Virus record (IMG/VR): IMGVR_UViG_2724679570_000003
Source: an uncultured virus (IMG/VR IMGVR_UViG_2724679570_000003)
Lineage: Duplodnaviria; Heunggongvirae; Uroviricota; Caudoviricetes
Direction: 5' to 3' (one strand)
Length of the DNA stretch: 64,000 nt
Shown here one piece after another: positions 52,408-61,240 of this stretch. A program made the position numbers and the translations under genes. A model generated the notes under the pieces. It was given only the letters and a program-made list of their open reading frames with translations. It did not search any database and was not told where the DNA came from. Numbering within the stretch: position 1 is the stretch's first letter; each line of letters starts with the position of its first letter.

Positions 52408-53631
52408 TTGAAAGATTATAGCAATTTCAATCCTAACCCTATTAATAAGCTTATATGGAGTTCACAAAAGGTATTTAATAATCAATTAAAATTTGAAGGA
52501 CAGGAAATTAAAATTGAAAATAAATTAATTAAAGCAATTATAAGAAATCATGGTAATCCTACCAATGAATTTAAGGAAGAAAGATTCTTAATTACAGGAA
52601 AAGAAATAGATATTCAAAGAGGAGATATTATTGAATATCTTAATGAAATTTATTTAGTTATTACAGATGTAGATAGAGATAATCAAATTTATAATACATG
52701 TAAGCTAAAAAAATGCAATAATGTTTTAACATTTCAATATGAAAAGGATATTCATAAGATACCATGTGTTTTATCTAATGCAACATTATATTCAGATGGT
52801 TTGGAAGAAAAACAAATGATATTAAGTAATGACCAAAGGAATGTATTGATACCATATAATAAACTTACAAATAAAATACAATTACAACAAAGATTTGTTT
52901 TTAATCATAATAGTGTTTTTTCAGTTTCTTTGATAGATGATTTTACTTTTAAACAAATAGGTAGTAATAATGGGTTATTACAACTTAATATGGTTAGAGA
53001 ACAAAAACAAACTAATCTTGATGATTTTGAAAATAATTTAGCAGATAACTCTCATCTTAAAAAAGAAGAACCTATAATATTACAAATAGATAATAAAACA
53101 ATTCAGCTAGAAATTAATAAAACTTATCAATTAAATCCTAAATTATTTCAAGGAGGTAAAGAAGTAAATTCACAAGAACAATTAAATAAAATTTCTTATA
53201 TAGTTGATGATGATTCAATTATAAAAGTAGAAAATGGATTAATAATAAGCCTACAAAAAGGTGATACAAATATACAGGTTTGCTATGGTGAATATGTTAT
53301 TAGTGTTCCAATACAAATTACAGATACAAGTGTTCATAGCGGTACTTGTAATATTGTTGGAGATACCTTTATGAAAATTGGAAAATTATCTAAGTGGATA
53401 GTGGAATTATATGATTCTCAAGGCAATAAAATTGATGGAAATGTTGAATGGGATATTGTAGGAGATAATGTAGATGAGTTAATTAAAATTAGAGAAAAGA
53501 CATCTAATAGTATAGTTTTATTAGCTCATAAAAAACAAGAAAACATAGGTAAGAAATTTATTATTAAGTGTAAAACTCTTGATGGATTAAGTTTTGACCA
53601 ACAAGAAATAATTTTAAAAAGTTTAATATAA
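52408..53631 (+). CDS. head-tail joining protein with Ig-like domains
   Basis: GD.I.Y....YLV...KCN..L; beta-rich C-terminus. Confidence 0.55.
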   Translation: MKDYSNFNPNPINKLIWSSQKVFNNQLKFEGQEIKIENKLIKAIIRNHGNPTNEFKEERFLITGKEIDIQRGDIIEYLNEIYLVITDVDRDNQIYNTCKLKKCNNVLTFQYEKDIHKIPCVLSNATLYSDGLEEKQMILSNDQRNVLIPYNKLTNKIQLQQRFVFNHNSVFSVSLIDDFTFKQIGSNNGLLQLNMVREQKQTNLDDFENNLADNSHLKKEEPIILQIDNKTIQLEINKTYQLNPKLFQGGKEVNSQEQLNKISYIVDDDSIIKVENGLIISLQKGDTNIQVCYGEYVISVPIQITDTSVHSGTCNIVGDTFMKIGKLSKWIVELYDSQGNKIDGNVEWDIVGDNVDELIKIREKTSNSIVLLAHKKQENIGKKFIIKCKTLDGLSFDQQEIILKSLI

Positions 53632-53733
53632 ATAATATTATAAAGTATGACTTTTATTTAGATTCCAATCATTGAAAATAGCTATTTTAAACCATTTTCA
53701 CTTACAAAATTAAAAAAGAAAGAAGGAATAAAC

Positions 53734-54252
53734 ATGTCAGTAGTATTAAAAGATAAAGGCGAATTAGAATTTGATAATTTTGATAAGATTACTTATACAA
53801 ATGTAGCAGTAATTAGAACAAAAAAGCTTGATGAAAATATGAAACTTAACACTTCGTTGGTAGATGGTCTTATAATTGTAATGAAAGATGGAGTACAGGT
53901 TGGTGAAATTGAAGACGGTGCTATAGATGATGCTAAAAGTATAGGTAAATTTTGTTGTGGTAGTGATGGAATGTTGAAATTAATAGTTGATAAAACATCT
54001 GTTGATTCTATAGATAAGGCAAAAACAGAATTAGCTAACCATCAAGCAATAGTACAATTAAAAGATGATTTAGAATATGAAAATGATTTATTTGATGTGA
54101 CTATGATTGATAGAGGTACTAATAAGAAATTATTTAACACTATATTACTAAATGGTGAAAAGATGTTAGGATATGTAAGAAATAATATAGAAACTATAGA
54201 TTTACAAACTACCAATCCTATAAGATTTATACTTGACCCTAAATTAAAATAA
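53734..54252 (+). CDS. putative structural protein
   Basis: Within the tail module. Confidence 0.5.
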   Translation: MSVVLKDKGELEFDNFDKITYTNVAVIRTKKLDENMKLNTSLVDGLIIVMKDGVQVGEIEDGAIDDAKSIGKFCCGSDGMLKLIVDKTSVDSIDKAKTELANHQAIVQLKDDLEYENDLFDVTMIDRGTNKKLFNTILLNGEKMLGYVRNNIETIDLQTTNPIRFILDPKLK

Positions 54253-54274
54253 TTTAATAAAGTAGCTGATAACA

Positions 54275-54814
54275 ATGAGTAAGTATACAGGAAATAATAA
54301 TCTGAATGATATTTTCTATGAAATAGTCACAATTTTGTTAGCTGATGAACCTGATGAAGCTATAGATTTAAAGAAGCTTTTATATTACCAAAATGAAAAA
54401 GATAAAGAGGGTAATTTGATTTATGTTAATCCTTATGCAAAAGATATAGTTTATGAAGATTTATGTAATCAAAACATTTATCAAACTGATTATATTTTTG
54501 ATATTCAAAAAGAAACTAGGAATATAATAAATGTTCATTTTGCAGGCTTAGGATTTGATAGTTATAACGACTATGTTGAAGTTGACTATTTTATGATAGA
54601 TATATATGTGCATAAGGATATGGAAGCTATAGAGGTAGATGGTAAAAGAATAGCTAGAAGTGTAGAAATTTTAAATAAAGTTAGAAAATTACTAGATGGT
54701 AAGAAGATGCAAAAAGGTGTAACATGTTTAAAATTGCGAGGGGTTAGTGGTGGGAAAATCCAAGATACCTACATAAAACTTACTTGTGATTTTAAAATAA
54801 AAAATATTAGGTAG
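54275..54814 (+). CDS. putative tail completion/terminator protein
   Basis: Gene order; IDIYVH motif. Confidence 0.5.
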   Translation: MSKYTGNNNLNDIFYEIVTILLADEPDEAIDLKKLLYYQNEKDKEGNLIYVNPYAKDIVYEDLCNQNIYQTDYIFDIQKETRNIINVHFAGLGFDSYNDYVEVDYFMIDIYVHKDMEAIEVDGKRIARSVEILNKVRKLLDGKKMQKGVTCLKLRGVSGGKIQDTYIKLTCDFKIKNIR

Positions 54815-54826
54815 AGTTGATTAATT

Positions 54827-55603
54827 ATGAATGAAAGAATTGATTTAACAAATATAAGAGGTAAACCTAAAGTATATAAAGGAATAGAAATTTATCCTGT
54901 ACAAATAAAAGACTGTGAAGAGTTTTATAAGAATTTATATGTATTACAATTTGATAAAAATAGCATACCAGATATACAAATTGTAAGAATGTCTTATTTA
55001 ACTTTTTTATATAGTCTTCAATTAATGCAGGATGAGAAAGGAAAATTTCTTTTTGAAACATTAATAATAGATTTAATATCTTTATTAGAATTGGTTCTGC
55101 ATAAAAAGGCAGAAGAAGACTTCTATTTAAATGTCGATGAAAAAGGTTTGCATCTAATTTTTAAAACTAAAGATGGAGAATTAGAGTTTAAAAGCAACGA
55201 CTTTGAAAAGTTAAAGAAAATAATATTTAAACAAAACGTAATACCTTACGATGATGAAATTCTAAATCCTGAATTAAAAAAAGCCATTCAAGAAGCAAGG
55301 GAATTTATGTATAACAAGACCAAAGATAAATTACCAACATTTGAAGAACAAATTTGTTGTTATCATTGTGCTTTAGGATTGACTTATAAAGATATTGATG
55401 AATTAACAATATATCAATTCACAAAAGGATTAGAGAGAAGGGAATTAATAATTTCGTATCAAGTATATGGTACTGCTATAGCTACTGGTATGGCTAGTGG
55501 AGAAATTCCAAATTGGTCATCACATATACCAGAAAGAGGATTGTATGATGATGTAACAATTGATGGAAATGAATTAGAAAAAATTGCTTCACAAGTGAAG
55601 TGA
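54827..55603 (+). CDS. tail assembly protein
   Basis: LTIYQF C-terminal motif; gene order. Confidence 0.5.
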   Translation: MNERIDLTNIRGKPKVYKGIEIYPVQIKDCEEFYKNLYVLQFDKNSIPDIQIVRMSYLTFLYSLQLMQDEKGKFLFETLIIDLISLLELVLHKKAEEDFYLNVDEKGLHLIFKTKDGELEFKSNDFEKLKKIIFKQNVIPYDDEILNPELKKAIQEAREFMYNKTKDKLPTFEEQICCYHCALGLTYKDIDELTIYQFTKGLERRELIISYQVYGTAIATGMASGEIPNWSSHIPERGLYDDVTIDGNELEKIASQVK

Positions 55604-55644
55604 TTCATACAAAATAATTTGAAAATAAAAGGAGGAAAATAAGT

Positions 55645-56646
55645 ATGGAAAATAATAAGGAATTTGCTGTATCCGTTGCTGATGCCATTATAAGAGATAT
55701 TAAAACAAAGCAAATAGTTATGATTGGTAAAGCATTAATAGATACAGGTTTAAAACAAGCTGTACAAAACAAAGAAGTTAGAGGTGGATTCGGTAATGCA
55801 TTACAATACGAATTCTCATACAATAAAGTTGTATCTTGTGAAATAAGTTCAGCTAACTTTAAAGAAGAATACATAGCTATGAACAATGGTGTTCCTATAG
55901 TTAACCAAATGGCTGAATATTGGAATTATAGTGAAGAACATAAAGTAAAATCTAAAAAAGTGACATTAGATGAAGTTCCAGTTGCAGGAACTAATGTTTA
56001 TGTTGAATTACCAAATAAAACTATAGAAACTGTAGTTCCTGTAGGTAAGACTATTACATTAACAACACCTGTTGAAGATGATACTAAGATATTATGTACT
56101 TATAGAGTTAAGAATGTAATAGATACTATAACTATTGATACAAAACATTATCCAGTAGCTTATGAATTAACTTTAATAGCTAAGGTATTTGATGCTGGTG
56201 GACAAACTAAAGAAATGCAAATAGAAATACCAGAATGGAAAGTTGAAGGTAATTTTGACCTTAATTTAAAAGCAGATGATGTTACTGTACCTAAAATATC
56301 TGGTAAAGCATTAGATCATAATGGAGACTATGCAATAGTTAAGATGAAGAGAGTTGATGGTAAAGAAATTCCAATTCAACAAATAGCTGTAACTGAACCA
56401 GAGATAGAAATAGGAAAAGGCGAACAATACATCCCTCAAGTAATAGGTATAAGAGGTGGAGTGTATGGTAATGTACAAGTGCCTTTAGATAGACTTGATA
56501 TAAAATCAAGCGATGCTGCAAAAATTAAAGTTACTTCAGATAATGTATTAGAAGGAGTAGCAGCAGGAGCATCAAAAATAACTGTTTCATTAAAAGATGA
56601 CCCTTCTAAGAAAGACATAATTGAAGCAGAATGCACAATAATATAA
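55645..56646 (+). CDS. major tail (tube) protein with C-terminal Ig-like domain
   Basis: EVRGG.GN motif; SSD......GASKITVS Big_2-like end. Confidence 0.75.
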   Translation: MENNKEFAVSVADAIIRDIKTKQIVMIGKALIDTGLKQAVQNKEVRGGFGNALQYEFSYNKVVSCEISSANFKEEYIAMNNGVPIVNQMAEYWNYSEEHKVKSKKVTLDEVPVAGTNVYVELPNKTIETVVPVGKTITLTTPVEDDTKILCTYRVKNVIDTITIDTKHYPVAYELTLIAKVFDAGGQTKEMQIEIPEWKVEGNFDLNLKADDVTVPKISGKALDHNGDYAIVKMKRVDGKEIPIQQIAVTEPEIEIGKGEQYIPQVIGIRGGVYGNVQVPLDRLDIKSSDAAKIKVTSDNVLEGVAAGASKITVSLKDDPSKKDIIEAECTII

Positions 56647-56796
56647 AATAATTTAAAAATATTTGATTAATATAAGGTGATTTGATATAATAAAATATAA
56701 GGGATGAGATATTTTTCTCTCCCTCATATTTTAGAGTGTTTTTTAAATATAAAATATTGTAAAATATGAAAAAAGGATATTAAAAGGAGTACATAC

Positions 56797-58581
56797 ATGA
56801 ATAAAATAGATTTTAAAGATTGTCCTTTAGAAAAGCAAAAAGAAATTAAATCAAAGATTGAAAAATATTTGGAAAAGTATAAAACATTGAATAATTTAAA
56901 AGGTAACGAAGATGGTAGGAAATTATATTATTTAATATATTCTAATAAAATATTTGTAGAAGATGTGTTAGAAGATATGGGATTTAATTATACTGAAATG
57001 ACAAATATTTTGCCAATAGGTTCACGATATTATTATGATAATTTTGAAAATATAAGAAAAAGATTAGAGTGGTTTGTAGATAAATATAATCACTTTCCTA
57101 CAAAAAAACAAATGGCTTCCACATTAGGAATATCACAGACACAAATAGATAAATATGGTGGAATTAATAGTTTAAAAGAAAAAATAAATTATTTTGATAA
57201 AAAAGATTTAATTGATAACAGAGGAGACTATAATAAAAGTATTATGGAATTAATGTTAGCAAACTGGTTTATTGAAATGAATTTAGGAAAAAGGTATGAA
57301 AGAGAAACAAAGCTTTTCAAAGAATATAATTATAGAGACGATTTTACATTTAAAACTGAGAAATTTGATTTATTTGTTGAGGTATGGGCTTATGGAGAAG
57401 GTAATAAAAATTTAAATAGTAAATTTTGTATGCAATATTTAAAAGCAAGAAAAATAAAAGAATCTCTTTATAAAAAATATAATATGAAACTGATTTCTGT
57501 AGAGCCTGAAGTTTATAACGGTTCTTATGAGGAAATTCAAAAAGGATTCTATAATATTTTTAAAGATTATTTTAAGTTAGATTTCAAAATAATTAAATAT
57601 GAAAAATTAATAAGTCCTGTAAAAATGACTGATGATGAGATATTAGAAGAAGTTTTAAAATATAAAGAAGGAGATAGACTTCCTGCCACACATGACATTC
57701 CATGTAGTTTATATATGGAAATTTTAAAACGATTTAAAACCTATAGAAAATTTTCTGAAAAATATAATATTAAAACAAAACAAGATATTACAGATTGGAA
57801 CATAGAAATAATCTTTAAATATTTTGATAAACTTATAGTTATGAATAAAACAATAGAAACTAAAAATTTATTAAAATTGAAAGTAGGTTTGCCTAGTGCA
57901 ATACAAAAATTTGGAAGTTTAATTCATTTGAAACTTTTATATTTCTTAGATAATAAAGATAAAAATTTTCCTAAAGGGGAAATAGAATGGTTGATTAAAA
58001 TTGCAAATGGAAAAAGTATTAATTCATGTAAAACCACTGATATAGATAAAAAACAAGCAAAAGCAATATTAGATTATAAATTCCCAAACTATAATAAAAT
58101 TATATCTTGTAAAGTTTGCAGAAAAAATTTTAATATAGAACACATATATAATATTTATTGCAATGATTGCAAAAACCAAATTTCAAATAATGTTATTTCG
58201 AGAGATGTGTTATATAGTAAAAAATATATGTTAAAAGAACAGGACTATATAGATAATTTTAAAAATATAGAAAAATATATAAGACAAGATAGTAGATATT
58301 TAACTAAGAAACAATTTAATAAAATATCAAAAATAAAAACAAAAGCTTATGTGGGATTTTATAATAAAACATGGGTAGAAATAATGACTATGTATGGATA
58401 TTATAATAAATTATATGATTATATAAAAGAAGAATTGGTTCAATATTTAAAACAAACTAATAATTATAATTTGCATAATTTTGGATTATCTCATAAATAT
58501 ATAACTTATGAATTAATTAAAGAATTTAATAAAGAAAAAATCAAAGAGGAGGCGATTAGTATTGTGAATAGAAGTGCTTAA
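56797..58581 (+). CDS. putative PD-(D/E)XK homing-type endonuclease with repeated helical domains
   Basis: SIME..LANWF...RDDF......FVEVW; FPT...GG repeats; CxxC..CxxC. Confidence 0.55.
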   Translation: MNKIDFKDCPLEKQKEIKSKIEKYLEKYKTLNNLKGNEDGRKLYYLIYSNKIFVEDVLEDMGFNYTEMTNILPIGSRYYYDNFENIRKRLEWFVDKYNHFPTKKQMASTLGISQTQIDKYGGINSLKEKINYFDKKDLIDNRGDYNKSIMELMLANWFIEMNLGKRYERETKLFKEYNYRDDFTFKTEKFDLFVEVWAYGEGNKNLNSKFCMQYLKARKIKESLYKKYNMKLISVEPEVYNGSYEEIQKGFYNIFKDYFKLDFKIIKYEKLISPVKMTDDEILEEVLKYKEGDRLPATHDIPCSLYMEILKRFKTYRKFSEKYNIKTKQDITDWNIEIIFKYFDKLIVMNKTIETKNLLKLKVGLPSAIQKFGSLIHLKLLYFLDNKDKNFPKGEIEWLIKIANGKSINSCKTTDIDKKQAKAILDYKFPNYNKIISCKVCRKNFNIEHIYNIYCNDCKNQISNNVISRDVLYSKKYMLKEQDYIDNFKNIEKYIRQDSRYLTKKQFNKISKIKTKAYVGFYNKTWVEIMTMYGYYNKLYDYIKEELVQYLKQTNNYNLHNFGLSHKYITYELIKEFNKEKIKEEAISIVNRSA

Positions 58582-58664
58582 TTATTAATAATAAAATAAT
58601 TTAATAATATGAAGGAGTATAGAGATAAATCTATACTCCTTATTTTTTAAGGAGTGATTTTTAA

Positions 58665-59312
58665 GTGATAAATTTTAATGATTTAAAACAACCAAGGATA
58701 AAGAAAACCTTAGAGTTCCAAGGTGAAAAAATAAATATATTGAATCCAACTAAAGAAATAAAAGAAGAAATAATGAAAATAGCTGGTCAATATTCTAAAA
58801 TAGAAAATAATACAGTTAAAATAGATTCAAAATATGAAGATAACCCTCAATTTGCCCAAAATTTATTTAAATCTTTAGTTGAAGGAATAGAGTTTTCTGA
58901 TAATATAGAAGAATTTAAAGAAGTAATAGATAATCCCTCCCCTATAGTAATCGAAATTCAAGAAGAAATAAATATGATAGTTAGAACCATTGGAATAGAA
59001 AGAGCAAAAGCAATTAGCAATGAAGTAAAGGCGACAAAAGATTTAATAGTTGTTAATGATATAATGGAAGAAATGGATGAATTTTCAAAGAAAAATAAGG
59101 ATTTTCAAATACCTGAAATAGTTATTGAAAACAAAAAAGATATAACACCTAAGCCAAAAGCTAAAAGAAAACCAACTAAAAAAAAGACTAAAAAAGAAGA
59201 AAAAGTAGTTGATATAAAAACAGTTAAAAAAGAGAATAAAGAAAGTAAAGCTGATAACAAAGAAATAAAAATTGAAGAAACCACAGAGGATAAGGAAAAT
59301 GGACTTCAATAG
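58665..59312 (+). CDS. putative tail assembly chaperone
   Basis: Gene order after tail tube; Lys-rich C-terminus. Confidence 0.5.
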   Translation: MINFNDLKQPRIKKTLEFQGEKINILNPTKEIKEEIMKIAGQYSKIENNTVKIDSKYEDNPQFAQNLFKSLVEGIEFSDNIEEFKEVIDNPSPIVIEIQEEINMIVRTIGIERAKAISNEVKATKDLIVVNDIMEEMDEFSKKNKDFQIPEIVIENKKDITPKPKAKRKPTKKKTKKEEKVVDIKTVKKENKESKADNKEIKIEETTEDKENGLQ

Positions 59313-59787
59313 TTTAAGAGATTTATATAAGTATGCAGAAAAAGCACATGAAGAAGTTGCTACAAATGAAACTCAAGAAGGGATTAAAGAAGTAGCAAGT
59401 GATGTTGTAGATGAAGAAGTTTATAGTAAATATGATAATAAAGATAGAAGAGGAAAGCATGGTGGTGGATTAGGAGATATTAAAAATATGGTAGTACATC
59501 CTCCTAAAAAAATAGGAAATACTATAGAAGTGAAAATTACAAATGAAACTCCTTTAGACCCACCTGATGATGGGATACCAAGGAATTATAGATTGGATGA
59601 AGCTATTGAATATGGTGGCGATTATTATGAATATCCTAAAAGTAAAAAAAATAGAGATGAAGGAACTTATACATATCTGAAACCTAGACCATTTAACAGA
59701 AAAACAGAGGAAAGATTAAATGTAACAAGAGAACATGAAAAAGCGTATAAAAACGCTATGAAAGCTAAGGGGATAGATATTAAATAA
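59272..59787 (+). CDS. HK97 gp10-like tail/neck protein
   Basis: IEYG...PRPF motif; probable start ATG 59299. Confidence 0.55.
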   Translation: MKKPQRIRKMDFNSLRDLYKYAEKAHEEVATNETQEGIKEVASDVVDEEVYSKYDNKDRRGKHGGGLGDIKNMVVHPPKKIGNTIEVKITNETPLDPPDDGIPRNYRLDEAIEYGGDYYEYPKSKKNRDEGTYTYLKPRPFNRKTEERLNVTREHEKAYKNAMKAKGIDIK

Positions 59788-59909
59788 ATTTCCCCTATTT
59801 TTCTTTAAGTATATAGATGTTTTAAAATATCAATTTTATTAAAATTTTAGAACCTTGTATGTTTAAAGAAGAATCTAATATAACATTGGTAAAATATAGA
59901 ATAAAATCC

Positions 59910-59938
59910 TTGACGTTTAATCAATTTTAAGTTACAAT
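59910..59938 (+). promoter_or_regulatory. sigmaA promoter for the pseudoknot-repeat RNA
   Basis: TTGACG-17 bp-TACAAT. Confidence 0.65.
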
Positions 59939-59952
59939 ATAGGTGTGACAAT

Positions 59953-60218
59953 ATTAAGGTTCATCAAACACGTTTCACAATGTACGACAAAGAAACATTG
60001 TTAATACAAGTACGCTTCATGATGTGCGACAAAGAAACATTATTGATGTATATGAAATAAATAATAAATAACCATAGGAACTGTGGGGTTAGCTTGGTAA
60101 ATTTACTTACAATAGTAGGTATTACCCAAGAATCACATAGCTAAAGCTACGCTACGTGAGGTTCAAACAAATACGCTTCACAATGTGCGATAAACAACAT
60201 TGTTTACTGAACCTTAAT
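59953..60218 (+). ncRNA. array of three ~42-nt pseudoknot repeats (type III antitoxin-like)
   Basis: Units at 59964-60005, 60006-60047 and 60167-~60207 with covarying stems; enclosed by ATTAAGGTTCA/TGAACCTTAAT. Confidence 0.65.
60048..60166 (+). mobile_element. non-autonomous IS200/IS605 derivative (stand-alone omegaRNA scaffold)
   Basis: Near copy of 62414-62512; starts right after TTGAT and ends GAGGTTCAA. Confidence 0.8.
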
Positions 60219-60252
60219 TTTAATAAGAAATTATTATAAGGAGGATTTTCAA

Positions 60253-60420
60253 ATGTCAACATCTTCTTTTAATAAGAAAATAATAATAGATAACAAATCA
60301 GCATCTAAATTAATATCAAAGATTAATTTAGATAGTATAAATGGAACAAATTTTAAAGAAATAGATGTGAGAAAAGAGCTAAAAGAGAGTGCAAAATCAT
60401 TAAAAGCACTATTATTTTAA
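60253..60420 (+). CDS. 55-aa protein, possible orphan antitoxin
   Basis: MSTSSFNKKIII...ALLF; GGAGG RBS. Confidence 0.55.
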   Translation: MSTSSFNKKIIIDNKSASKLISKINLDSINGTNFKEIDVRKELKESAKSLKALLF

Positions 60421-60628
60421 TAGAAAGATTATAATCAATAGTATATGAAATTATTTTCTAAGATTAGTGTGGTGTCTAATCTTATCAATACTCAGGAATA
60501 TACTGTATTAATATGAGTTAGTATGTACCTTCATTAGAGGGAATAATCTAATGCACACCGTTAATTGAATTGAACAATAAAATAATTTGTTAGAAAGATT
60601 TTTAAAATTTTCATAAATTCTATTAGGA

Positions 60629-60937
60629 GTGAAAAAGGTTATGAATATAGATAATAACACGTCTCTTAATTGTATTAAATATATTGAGGATGATGGAAGT
60701 GTAACACTTTCTTTAGAAAAATTTGATATTGTAGTAAATGCAAATAATTATAATGATGCTATTTCTGAAATAGTTAAGGAATTAAAAGATTATATTGACG
60801 ATTATATAGCTGAACCTGATTATTGGAGTACAGATAGTAGAAGAAAATCTCAAGTTCAATTTCTTTCAGAGCTGTTTAAAAATACGAAAGAAGACAAAAT
60901 AAAGGAAATCATAAAATGCCGAAGTGCAAAGAACTAA
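60629..60937 (+). CDS. HicB-like antitoxin
   Basis: beta-beta-beta-alpha pattern (DGSVTLSL..DIVVNA....AI......DY); overlaps the hicA-like frame. Confidence 0.6.
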   Translation: MKKVMNIDNNTSLNCIKYIEDDGSVTLSLEKFDIVVNANNYNDAISEIVKELKDYIDDYIAEPDYWSTDSRRKSQVQFLSELFKNTKEDKIKEIIKCRSAKN

Positions 60938-61134
60938 AAAGATTTTGTGATAGAGAAGGATGGGAGCTATATAAAGATACTAACCATTATTATTATAGAA
61001 AAAAAGATTCAAATGGGAATATAAGAAAAACTAAAGTATCACGAGGGTCTGGAGAAATCAAACATTAGTTATGGAGGCATATATTGAAAGACCAATTAGG
61101 TGTAACACAAGAATATTTTAATAGTATTATATAA
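60916..61134 (+). pseudogene. HicA-like toxin with in-frame TAG
   Basis: MPKCKELKRFCDREGW...TKVSRGSGEIKH*LWRHILKDQLG...; stop at 61066-61068. Confidence 0.7.
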
Positions 61135-61185
61135 AAACTTCTAATCAATAAAAGTTAGGAGTTTTTTATTTTGCAAAATAATATT

Positions 61186-61213
61186 TGACAAATATAAAAT
61201 AATTTGATAATAT
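61186..61213 (+). promoter_or_regulatory. phage-type sigmaA promoter driving tnpB
   Basis: TTGACA-aatataaaataatttga-TAATAT. Confidence 0.65.
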
Positions 61214-61240
61214 TGTTTTATATAAAGGTGGTGTTAATGA

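Noticed and set aside
749..59309. Many 60-130 aa antisense ORFs (e.g. 749, 6340, 20737, 21383, 27042, 38042, 49002, 50730, 59085)
   Set aside because: Shadows of real genes on the opposite strand; Phe/Leu/Ser-rich and without an RBS.
58665..59787. Programmed tail-chaperone frameshift
   Set aside because: A-rich slippery-looking sites are common here, and the second ORF has its own start and a different predicted role.
59964..60207. Three repeats as a mini CRISPR array
   Set aside because: Units 1 and 2 are contiguous with no spacer, the only interruption is an IS-derived segment, and no cas genes are present.
61066..61068. TAG read-through or genome-wide stop-codon recoding
   Set aside because: Many genes end normally in TAG, other long genes are uninterrupted, and the only tRNA is Trp(CCA).
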